The notes below the pieces were generated by a model. It ran no database searches and was not told the origin of the DNA. It saw only the letters and a list, made by a program, of their open reading frames with translations. From Gammaproteobacteria bacterium (GTDB lineage Bacteria; Pseudomonadota; Gammaproteobacteria; Pseudomonadales; UBA5518), in NCBI GenBank assembly GCA_016705365.1, contig JADIYI010000005.1, positions 320,280-384,279 on the forward strand: DNA of 64,000 bases, written 5' to 3'. The position numbers were made by a program, and so were the translations under genes. The first letter of the stretch is position 1. Each line of letters begins with the position of its first letter. This document shows positions 52,630-60,938 of the stretch, one piece after another.

Positions 52630-55600
52630 ATGACAGAGATCAGCCTGGATGACAAGTACACCGCCACCGGCGGGCGCGTCTACCTGAGTGGCGCGCAGGC
52701 GCTGGTGCGCTTGCCGTTGATGCAGCACCGGCGCGATCGTGCGGCGGGGCTGAACACCGCGGGATTCATCTCGGGTTATCGCGGCTCGCCGCTCGGCGTC
52801 TACGATCTCGCGTTGTGGCAGGCGCAGAAATTCCTCGACCAGAACCAGGTCCGCTTCGTGCCGGGCATCAACGAGGACCTGGCCGCAACCGCGGTGTGGG
52901 GCTCGCAGCAGGTCAGGGAACTCGGCGAATCGCCGTATGACGGCGTGTTCGCGCTGTGGTATGGCAAGGGCCCGGGTGTCGATCGCTCCGGCGATCCGCT
53001 GAAGCACGGCAATTACGCCGGCAGCGCGCGCCACGGCGGCGTGCTGGTGCTGTGTGGCGACGATCACGGTGCCCGTTCCTCGACCACCGCGCACCAGAGC
53101 GATCATGCGCTGATCCATTTCGGCATGCCGATTCTTTATCCGGCGACGATCCAGGAATACCTCGATTTCGGGCTGCACGGGTTTGCATTGTCGCGCTATG
53201 CCGGCTGCTGGGTGGGTTTCAAATGCGTAACCGACGTGGTGGAAGGCTCGGCATCGGTCAGCGTCGAGCCGGGGCGTGTGCGCTGCGTGGTTCCCGAGGA
53301 CCATGTGCTGCCCGCCGCGGGTCTCAATATCAAGCTGGGACTCTTTCCGCTGGCCGCCGAAGCGCAGATGCTGGCGCGGCTCGAGGCGGCGCAGGCTTAC
53401 GTGCGCGCCAATCGCCTCGATCGGGTCATCTGGCCGCAGCCGCGCGCGCGCCTCGGCATCGTCAGCACCGGCAAGACCTGGCTCGACGTGATGGATGCAC
53501 TGGCGCAGCTCGGAATCGATGCCGTGCGTGCCGCCGAGCTCGGTGTGTCGGTCTACAAGGTGGCGCTGGTGTGGCCGCTCGAGCCGCAGGGCATCGCGGC
53601 CTTTGCCCGCGACTGCGAGCAACTGCTGGTGATCGAAGAAAAACGTGCGGTGATCGAGGAGCAGATCGCGACGCTGCTGTACAACCTCGATGGCGCGAGC
53701 CGTCCGCGGCTCAGTGGCAAGCGCGACACGGAGGGTGCGGCGCTGGTCCCGGCCGGGGGTGAACTGAACCCGATGCTGCTGGCACGAATCATCGGCGGAC
53801 AGTTGCTGCAGCTGGTACCGGATGCGCGGCTCGCAGAATCTTTGGACGCATTGCAGGAGTCGGTGCAACAGACCGGTTTTGGCAGCGGGCAGGGCGCGCT
53901 GATGCGCTTGCCGAGTTTCTGCGCCGGGTGTCCGCACAATACCTCGACCCACGTACCGGAGGGTTCGATTGCGATGGGCGGTATCGGCTGTCACGGACTG
54001 GCGTCGTGGCTACCCGATCGCAGGACCATCGGCATGTATCACATGGGCGGCGAGGGGGCGGCGTGGATTGGGCAGGCGCCGTTCCTGCAGCGTGAGCATA
54101 TATTCCAGAATCTCGGCGACGGCACATATTTTCATTCCGGGCTGCTCGCGATCCGCGCCAATGTTGCGGCCGGCAGCAACATCACCTACAAGATCCTGGT
54201 CAATGGTGCGATCTCGATGACCGGTGGGCAACCGATCGAGGGGCAGAGTTTCGACGGCGGTATCACCGCGCCGAATATCGCTCGCCAGGTCCATGCCGAA
54301 GGCGTGCAGCGCATTGCGCTGGTGACCGAGGATCTGTCGCGCCATCGGCAGCGCTCGAACTATCCCGCGATCACCACATTTCATCATCGCGACGAGCTCG
54401 ATGCCGTGCAGCGCGATATCCGCACCCATCCCGGCGTGTCGGTGATCATCTACGAACAGGCCTGTGCCACCGAGCGCAAACGCCTGCGCAAGCGGGGCAA
54501 GTATCCCGATATCGCGAAGCGCTACCTGATCAGCGAAGAAATCTGCGAAGGGTGCGGCGATTGCGGGCTGCAGTCGAACTGTATTGCACTGGAACCGAGC
54601 GAGACCGCGTTCGGGCGCAAGCGCCAGATCAACCAGTCGGTCTGCAACAAGGATTTTTCCTGCGTGAAGGGCATGTGCCCGAGTTTCGTGACGGTTTATG
54701 GCGGCAGTCTGCGCGGCGCCGTTGGCGGCGCATCCGATGCATTCGACGAATCGATATTCGGCGATTTGCCGCAACCCCGGCAGCTGGCGCAGGCGAGCGC
54801 CTGCAATATCCTCGTCGCCGGTATCGGCGGCAGCGGGATCATCACGCTCGGTGCGCTGCTTGGCATCGCCGCGCACATGGAAAACAAGCCGGTGAGTGTG
54901 CTCGATATCACCGGCCTCGCGCAGCGCAACGGTGCCGTGACCAGCCATATCCGTTTCATTGCCGGCGAGGAACTGGAGCTCGCCACGCGCATACCCGAGG
55001 GCGCAGCGGACCTGGTATTGGCAGCTGATCTCGTGGTCGCGGCCGGAACCGATGTGATGGCGCGCATGTCGGGTACGCGCTCGGCGCTGGTGTACAACTT
55101 CCATATCGCACCCACCAATGCCTTTGCGCTCAATCCGGATCTCGATTTCGACAGCAGCGGCATGGAGAATTCGCTGCGTGCACGCACCCGCGACGGTGCA
55201 CTGCTCGGTGTCAATGCCACGCGCATCGCCACCATCCTGCTCGGCAATGCGATTGGCGCCAACCTGTTCCTGCTCGGCGCGGCGTGGCAGCGGGGCCTGA
55301 TTCCGCTGTCCTGCGCGAGCCTCGAACGGGCCATCGAACTGAACGCGACCGCGATCGAGATGAATCGCCGCGCGTTCCGGCTCGGGCGCCTCTCGATAGC
55401 ACATCCCCAACGCCTCGATGCGCTGCTCGAGCAACAACAGCCGCTGCGCATCGTCGCGGCACCGCGGGATACGCTCGCGGAACTGATCGCACACCGGGTC
55501 GCGTGGCTGGTCGCGTACCAGGACGAGGCTTACGCGGCGCGTTTCGAGAAGCTGGTGCGCCGGGTGATGGCGGTGGAGCGCGATACCTGTGGCAGCGCCG

Positions 55601-56130
55601 GGCGACTCAGCGAAGCGGTGGCGCGCTACTACTCCAAGGTGCTGGCCTACAAGGACGAATACGAGGTCGGGAGGCTGCTCGGTGGCGAGGCGCTGAAACG
55701 CCAGCTCGAGACCCGGTTCGAGGGCGATTACCGCATCGCGTTCAACCTGGCGCCACCGTTGCTGGCCCGGCGCGACCCGCTTACCGGACGCTACCGCAAG
55801 AGGGAGTTCGGTGCCGGCCTGATGCCGCTGTTCGCGCTGCTGGCGAAACTCAAGTTCCTGCGCGGCACCGCGTTCGATATCTTCGGCTATTCCGCGCACC
55901 GGCGGCGCGAGCGCGCGCTGGTGGCCGAGTACGAACAACTGGTGCAAACGCTGCTCGGCGGGTTGCACCGCGGCAACCAGGACATCGCGGTGAAGCTGGC
56001 GTCGCTGCCCGAGCGGGTGCGCGGCTTCGACGTGGTGAAGGAAGCGAGCATGGACGAGGCGCGGCAATTGCAGCAGACACTGCTGGCGGAGTTCGCTGCC
56101 GCCGCGGTTCCGGTCACGGTCGCGGCATGA
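52630..56130 (+). CDS. Indolepyruvate:ferredoxin oxidoreductase-family protein (fused IorA/IorB, 2-oxoacid:ferredoxin oxidoreductase superfamily)
   Basis: 1166 aa. N-terminus 'LDDKYTATGGRVYLSGAQALVRLPLMQHRRD' and 'GYRGSPLG'. ThDP block 'GGEGAAWIGQAPF...NLGDGTYFHSG'. Two ferredoxin-like Cys groups, 'CEGCGDCGLQSNC' and 'CNKDFSCVKGMCP'. IorB-like 'ILVAGIGGSGIITLG'. Confidence 0.9.
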   Translation: MTEISLDDKYTATGGRVYLSGAQALVRLPLMQHRRDRAAGLNTAGFISGYRGSPLGVYDLALWQAQKFLDQNQVRFVPGINEDLAATAVWGSQQVRELGESPYDGVFALWYGKGPGVDRSGDPLKHGNYAGSARHGGVLVLCGDDHGARSSTTAHQSDHALIHFGMPILYPATIQEYLDFGLHGFALSRYAGCWVGFKCVTDVVEGSASVSVEPGRVRCVVPEDHVLPAAGLNIKLGLFPLAAEAQMLARLEAAQAYVRANRLDRVIWPQPRARLGIVSTGKTWLDVMDALAQLGIDAVRAAELGVSVYKVALVWPLEPQGIAAFARDCEQLLVIEEKRAVIEEQIATLLYNLDGASRPRLSGKRDTEGAALVPAGGELNPMLLARIIGGQLLQLVPDARLAESLDALQESVQQTGFGSGQGALMRLPSFCAGCPHNTSTHVPEGSIAMGGIGCHGLASWLPDRRTIGMYHMGGEGAAWIGQAPFLQREHIFQNLGDGTYFHSGLLAIRANVAAGSNITYKILVNGAISMTGGQPIEGQSFDGGITAPNIARQVHAEGVQRIALVTEDLSRHRQRSNYPAITTFHHRDELDAVQRDIRTHPGVSVIIYEQACATERKRLRKRGKYPDIAKRYLISEEICEGCGDCGLQSNCIALEPSETAFGRKRQINQSVCNKDFSCVKGMCPSFVTVYGGSLRGAVGGASDAFDESIFGDLPQPRQLAQASACNILVAGIGGSGIITLGALLGIAAHMENKPVSVLDITGLAQRNGAVTSHIRFIAGEELELATRIPEGAADLVLAADLVVAAGTDVMARMSGTRSALVYNFHIAPTNAFALNPDLDFDSSGMENSLRARTRDGALLGVNATRIATILLGNAIGANLFLLGAAWQRGLIPLSCASLERAIELNATAIEMNRRAFRLGRLSIAHPQRLDALLEQQQPLRIVAAPRDTLAELIAHRVAWLVAYQDEAYAARFEKLVRRVMAVERDTCGSAGRLSEAVARYYSKVLAYKDEYEVGRLLGGEALKRQLETRFEGDYRIAFNLAPPLLARRDPLTGRYRKREFGAGLMPLFALLAKLKFLRGTAFDIFGYSAHRRRERALVAEYEQLVQTLLGGLHRGNQDIAVKLASLPERVRGFDVVKEASMDEARQLQQTLLAEFAAAAVPVTVAA

Positions 56131-56186
56131 CATCGCTTGCCGATGAGTTCGACAGTACAGTCTGACAACCGCATTGCCGAGGGCTT

Positions 56187-56477
56187 ATGGATCGTTCACT
56201 GACAGACACGGAAAAGAACCATTACGTGGCGTGGCTGCACTCGCCCAGCGTCTCTTCCCGGACCCCTGACGAAGGGATCATCGCTTTCAAGCTGGGTTGC
56301 TTGCTGCATGTGCCGCCGTCGCGCGTGCTCAAGGCATTGCGCGGGGTGCCGGGAGTCGATCCGCAGCTGTGCCGCACCGTCGAGGAATTTGTCGCGGACG
56401 ATCCGACGTTGCATTTCGTCGGTGAGGCTCCCGATCGGCTGATCAGCCTGCAAGGCGCTCCGCGAGTTGCTCGATAG
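56187..56477 (+). CDS. Hypothetical small protein
   Basis: 96-aa ORF with host-like third-position G/C bias. I recognise no motif. It could be non-coding. Confidence 0.35.
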   Translation: MDRSLTDTEKNHYVAWLHSPSVSSRTPDEGIIAFKLGCLLHVPPSRVLKALRGVPGVDPQLCRTVEEFVADDPTLHFVGEAPDRLISLQGAPRVAR

Positions 56478-56527
56478 CCCCGATTATATCCGGCATGCAA
56501 CGGGTTGGTGCCGTTCTCCGGCGTGTA

Positions 56528-57538
56528 CTAAACGTCGAACGTCACCATCACCTTGGCCGAATGCGTGGTGTCGCGTGCCATCGCCAGGGCCGCCATGAAC
56601 TGCGGGAACGGGAAGCGATGGCTGATGATCGGATCGACATCGAGGGCGGTATCCGAGAGCATCCCGATCACCTCGGGAAATTCCCGCGGATAGCCGATCG
56701 ATCCCTTGATCGCGAGTTCCTTCATCAGCAGCAACTGCAGATCGAGCGGCGCGGGCTTCTTGTGCAGTCCGACCACGACCACGCGCGCCCCGACAGGAGC
56801 AATGCGCACGATTTCCTCGAATACCGGAGTGACACCCGCCGCGTCGATGAACAGCGTGCTGCCCACGGTCGGCATGCCGTACAGATCGGCGTGTCCGTGG
56901 GCGCCGGAAAGTCGCTCGAAGGTGTTGTCGCGGACACCGTTTATGCACGTGTTGGCACCGAGTTCGGCGGCTCGGCGCAACCGTTCATCGGACAGGTCCA
57001 CCACCGCGATATCGCGCACACCCTTGTGGCGCAGCGCCACGATTGCGCCGAGCCCGATGCAGCCGGCGCCGAAGATCACCACCTTGTCGGCAGGTGTGGG
57101 CAGACCGGTGTTGACCGCGTGCATCGCGACTGACAGCGGCTCGACCAGGGCCGCGCGTTCGAACGACATGGTTTGGGGGATCGCGTGCACATTCACGCCC
57201 AGCCGGGCGTTGCGTACCACCAGGCGCGGGGTGAAGGCTCCTTCCGGGCCGCCATTGCCGATATTGTCGGCGCTCATCGGATCGACCACGATGCGCATGC
57301 CGGCGTGGATTCCCTCCACCCGCTCGCCAAGCTCCACCACGGTGCCGGAGAATTCATGGCCAAGCGCCATCGGGCCCGCGGTCGCTACTGGCATGCCGCC
57401 CATTTCCACGTAGCCGACGTCGCTGCCGCAGATGCCGCAAGCCGCGGTGCGCACCACGATATCGTCGGCACCTGCCCGAGCCTCGCGCGCGGCGTCGAGA
57501 CGCACATCGTCGGGGCCATGGATGTTTACCTGCAACAT
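56528..57538 (-). CDS. Zn-dependent medium-chain alcohol/polyol dehydrogenase
   Basis: 336 aa from ATG 57538, with AAGGAG 7 nt upstream. Motifs 'CGICGSDV', 'GHEFSGTV' and Rossmann 'IFGAGCIGLGA'. Confidence 0.9.
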   Translation of the reverse strand: MLQVNIHGPDDVRLDAAREARAGADDIVVRTAACGICGSDVGYVEMGGMPVATAGPMALGHEFSGTVVELGERVEGIHAGMRIVVDPMSADNIGNGGPEGAFTPRLVVRNARLGVNVHAIPQTMSFERAALVEPLSVAMHAVNTGLPTPADKVVIFGAGCIGLGAIVALRHKGVRDIAVVDLSDERLRRAAELGANTCINGVRDNTFERLSGAHGHADLYGMPTVGSTLFIDAAGVTPVFEEIVRIAPVGARVVVVGLHKKPAPLDLQLLLMKELAIKGSIGYPREFPEVIGMLSDTALDVDPIISHRFPFPQFMAALAMARDTTHSAKVMVTFDV

Positions 57539-57565
57539 GGAATTCTCCTTTGAAAACGATGACAC

Positions 57566-58825
57566 TCAGGCGTCCGCACGCACCTCGGGGAAGGCCTTGA
57601 AATAGAAATCGAAACGCGCGCGCAGCCTGGCCGGATCGACGCCGAAATCGCCTTTCAGATCGTAGACTACCCGACCGTCCTTGCCGCGCGGGTGCTGCTC
57701 GAGATAATTCAGCAGCCCGGCGCGGATATCTTCGGGCATGCCACTGCCGGCGAGCGCGTGGATGCGCTCTACCGTCTCCAGTTCATCGGCCATGAAGCAG
57801 TGGAACGGGACATCGAGGCTTTGAGTGGCGGGCCACACGGGGCGATCACGCACACAGGCGCGCAGCATATGCTCCACCCGATCGCTCCAGTAGCGGATCA
57901 AGGCTTCTGTATCGACGTGTTCGCGGCGCATGCGCTCTCCATAGGCGACCATGGTGACCGATGACTGGATCACCGCGACCGGATCGCGGTGCGTGATCAC
58001 CACCGTGGCATCGGGAAAAACCGAGCGCAGCACCGGCAACTGCTCGAGATGCTGCGGGCACTTGAGTACCCAGCGATCCGGGCCGTGCAAATGCTGCAGC
58101 GTTTTCAGCACGTTGCGCATATAGCGGTAATGCGGGGTCTGGTCGCTCGCGTAGTAATGATCGCGCCAGCGCGGGGAGGGACTCAGCCATTCGAAGTTGT
58201 AGGACGCGAAATCGGGCCCCATCAATTCGAGTTCCTCGTGGATATGATCGGGGTGCATCGGATGCATCGCGGCGAGGCGCGGCAATATCGCCTGCATGCC
58301 CTCCCACGCCTCCATGCAGCGCCGGTAGCGGGGGTCGGTACCGTCGGCGAGCGGTGCTTCACCGGGCAGCGGCAGCGGCTCGTAGGATTCCCACAACGGC
58401 AGCGAGCGAAAACGCCGGTCGGTGGCCAGCAGATTGACCAGGTGGGTGGTGCCCGAGCGGGGCAGACCCGCGACGATGATCGGCTGGCGGATCTCGGTGT
58501 CGAGGATTTCCGGATGACGGTTCCACAGGTCCTGCAACAGGAGGCGGTTGCTGGCATAGCGCACCAGGTAGTTGCTGAGAGTCAGGCGCTGCAGCGGAAT
58601 CATTCCGGTATCGGCGCCCCATTCGTCGACGAGCAGGCGGAGGCGGGTGCGGAAATCCTCCGGACCGAAGTCCGCGAGTCCGGTTCGCGCGCGCGCTGCG
58701 TCCAGCACCGCCTGCTCGCTCAGTTCGACCACGAGGTTGCGGGTGGCAGCGATCGCCGCGCTCTGGGGCGCGCTCAGGCGCGGATTGCACAAATCGTCCA
58801 GGCGTATGATTTCGCTCATTGCCAT
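57566..58825 (-). CDS. Cytoplasmic sulfotransferase-family protein
   Basis: 419 aa from ATG 58825. 5'-PSB loop 'VAGLPRSGTTHLVNLL' and 3'-PB-like 'VITHRDPVAVIQS'. Confidence 0.8.
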   Translation of the reverse strand: MAMSEIIRLDDLCNPRLSAPQSAAIAATRNLVVELSEQAVLDAARARTGLADFGPEDFRTRLRLLVDEWGADTGMIPLQRLTLSNYLVRYASNRLLLQDLWNRHPEILDTEIRQPIIVAGLPRSGTTHLVNLLATDRRFRSLPLWESYEPLPLPGEAPLADGTDPRYRRCMEAWEGMQAILPRLAAMHPMHPDHIHEELELMGPDFASYNFEWLSPSPRWRDHYYASDQTPHYRYMRNVLKTLQHLHGPDRWVLKCPQHLEQLPVLRSVFPDATVVITHRDPVAVIQSSVTMVAYGERMRREHVDTEALIRYWSDRVEHMLRACVRDRPVWPATQSLDVPFHCFMADELETVERIHALAGSGMPEDIRAGLLNYLEQHPRGKDGRVVYDLKGDFGVDPARLRARFDFYFKAFPEVRADA

Positions 58826-59321
58826 GATTACCCTGGCGAAGTGGATCGAAGGGTCGTTATCGATGGCATGCGAACCCCGGGATGAAAAATCTGGCCAGCG
58901 CGCAATATAGCCGATCGCCACACGGTTCTGGCAAGGATGCCGCGGGTGATCGATTGCGTTAACGTTTGTTCATATGCGCGGACGGCAGGCTCCGCGAATA
59001 GCGAGCAATTTCCACGTCCTGACCGCGGTACCGGCCAACGGCCGAGTTGCTGTCGGGGATGGGTGTCAGCGTTGTGGCAGTGGCAATTGCCGGCACCCCG
59101 GTCCCGAGCGGAGGCGGCGAGGAGGACCGGAAACCCGGGGCGCTGCACTGCCTGGCGTTTGCCGCCGTGTTCCTGGCCCTGCTGCTGCGTCTCCTGGTGC
59201 CGCGGAACGCGCGATCGAGGGTGGATCGGGCAGGTAGGTATAGCCGTGGCGCAGCTCCGGGCCTTCATTTATGCCGCTGGAATGGATGGCGGCAGCGCCT
59301 CATGTGGCGTATGCTGTGCAC

Positions 59322-59645
59322 ATGAATGAATCAAAATCCCTGCCAAGAAAGGCGTCTTTCTGGAAGACCGAGCCGTTCAAACTGATCGAACTTCGTGAAG
59401 TCGCAGCACCTGATGGCATCGAAAATGAAGACGGTACCTGGTATCGCTACCTGATCAGCCAGGGCGACAAGCCCATCCAGGGACATCGCCAAGGCACGCT
59501 CGCCAGCGTCAAGGAAGCGGTTGACGAGTTCGTGCTGCGGCTGAACGAGCGCCGCCTTGGGACCACCGGGCGCGTGCATTTCACGACCGGCGCGCGCAAG
59601 AGCACGCGTCAGCCCGCCGCAGAGGCTGCCTCCAAGAGCGACTGA
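59322..59645 (+). CDS. Hypothetical small protein
   Basis: 107 aa from ATG 59322. Contains '...DGTWYRYLISQGDKPIQGHRQGTLASVKEAVDEFVLRLNERR...'. Plausible coding bias, family unknown. Confidence 0.45.
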   Translation: MNESKSLPRKASFWKTEPFKLIELREVAAPDGIENEDGTWYRYLISQGDKPIQGHRQGTLASVKEAVDEFVLRLNERRLGTTGRVHFTTGARKSTRQPAAEAASKSD

Positions 59646-59811
59646 TCCCGGACGGATCGGCCCGGATCTCCTTTACTACCTGCAGACCGCAGGTGCGCGG
59701 CGCGTTGCTCATGCCTGTCAGCGCGTGGCTGGATTCCTCAGTGCTCGACGTGGGACTGCAGTATACCCGGGTGGCGTGGGTATACTGGCAACCGGATTCG
59801 CGGGAGTGCCG

Positions 59812-60201
59812 ATGAAAATACACTTGGGCGGATGTCATTGCGGCGCGGTGCGCTTCGAGGTCGAGGCGTCTGCGCGGGTGACGGTGACCGAGTGCAACTG
59901 TTCGATCTGCCGGATGACCGGCTTTCAGCACCTGATCGTGCCGGCGGCGCGCTTTCGCCTGCTGTCGGATCCCGCGCTGCTGGAAAGTTACAGCTTTGGT
60001 ACCGGTGTGGCCAGACACCTGTTCTGCAAACACTGCGGCATCAAATCGTTTTACGTGCCGCGTTCGAATCCCGACGGATTCAGCGTCAACCTGCGTTGCC
60101 TCGACGAGGGCAGCGTGGAGTCGGTCAGGATCGTGCCCTTCGACGGGTGTCACTGGGAGCAGCATGCGCAGGAACTCGCGCACCTGAGCAAGGACGGATG
60201 A
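59812..60201 (+). CDS. GFA-family (glutathione-dependent formaldehyde-activating/CENP-V-like) Zn protein
   Basis: 129 aa from ATG 59812. Cys ligand sets 'GGCHCGAVRF', 'CNCSIC' and 'FCKHCG'. Confidence 0.85.
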   Translation: MKIHLGGCHCGAVRFEVEASARVTVTECNCSICRMTGFQHLIVPAARFRLLSDPALLESYSFGTGVARHLFCKHCGIKSFYVPRSNPDGFSVNLRCLDEGSVESVRIVPFDGCHWEQHAQELAHLSKDG

Positions 60202-60854
60202 GCGCGATCACGCTGCGACCCTGCACCGCGAACGATGTGGATATCGCGGTGCCGCTGATCCACGACTCCGGTCCGATCGCGTTTCGCTACGTTTTCTCGC
60301 AGGACCACGAAGCGCAGTCTCTCGAATTCCTCCGCTCGGCGTTCGTGAAGGGCTCCGGGCAGTTCGGTTGCGCCAATCACCTCGCGGTGGAGCGTGATGG
60401 CGCCATGGTTGCCGTGGCGGCGTCGTGGGATGCGCGCGCCAACCTGCGCCACACCCTGATCGCCGCACGCCAGATCCTCGGCTTTTACGGCCTCGCTGGC
60501 GTGGGGGTGATCGGACGCGGCATCCGCATGGAGCGTGTGGTCAAACCTGCCGTGGCGGGAGTGGCTTATCTCGGGCACCTGACGGTCGCGCCTGAATGCC
60601 GCGGCCAGGGCATCGGGCGCGAAATGCTCGGGCAATTGCTGCAGCGCGCGCGCGCTGCCGGTCATGTGCGCGCGGCACTCGATGTGGCGGTGAGCAATCC
60701 GCGCGCCCGCGCGCTCTACCAGGGGCTCGGGTTTCGGGTGCTCGACACACGCCGGTCCCGCCTGGTCGGGCGCTGGGGCAGCGTGGTGGATCACGAGTAC
60801 ATGGAATGCGATCTTGCGCGGTCCAGCCTGGATGCGCGTGGAGCGTCGCCGTGA
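60198..60854 (+). CDS. GNAT-family N-acetyltransferase
   Basis: 218 aa from ATG 60198 (ATGA overlap with the GFA gene). Acetyl-CoA loop 'LTVAPECRGQGIGREML' and 'ALYQGLGF'. Confidence 0.85.
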   Translation: MSAITLRPCTANDVDIAVPLIHDSGPIAFRYVFSQDHEAQSLEFLRSAFVKGSGQFGCANHLAVERDGAMVAVAASWDARANLRHTLIAARQILGFYGLAGVGVIGRGIRMERVVKPAVAGVAYLGHLTVAPECRGQGIGREMLGQLLQRARAAGHVRAALDVAVSNPRARALYQGLGFRVLDTRRSRLVGRWGSVVDHEYMECDLARSSLDARGASP

Positions 60855-60938
60855 TCGAACCGGAACCGCTGCCGCTACTCGCGGCAGCGGCCGGGTCCCT
60901 GACAACAACAATGTACCTGCGGAAAAGGAGAACACTGC

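Noticed and set aside
58926-59321. The about 400-bp gap with several 90-146-aa ORFs (58937..59329, 59047..59325, 58828..59268) as a hidden gene.
   Set aside because: All the translations are R/G/A/C-rich without motifs, and they overlap each other in different frames. One has a hydrophobic stretch, but there is no convincing start or RBS. I left it as intergenic.
59812-60854. The GFA/GNAT overlapping pair as a GNAT-toxin/antitoxin module.
   Set aside because: The upstream partner is a Zn-binding GFA enzyme fold, not an RHH/HTH antitoxin. The GNAT protein is larger than TacT-type toxins. Nothing else suggests a toxin-antitoxin system.
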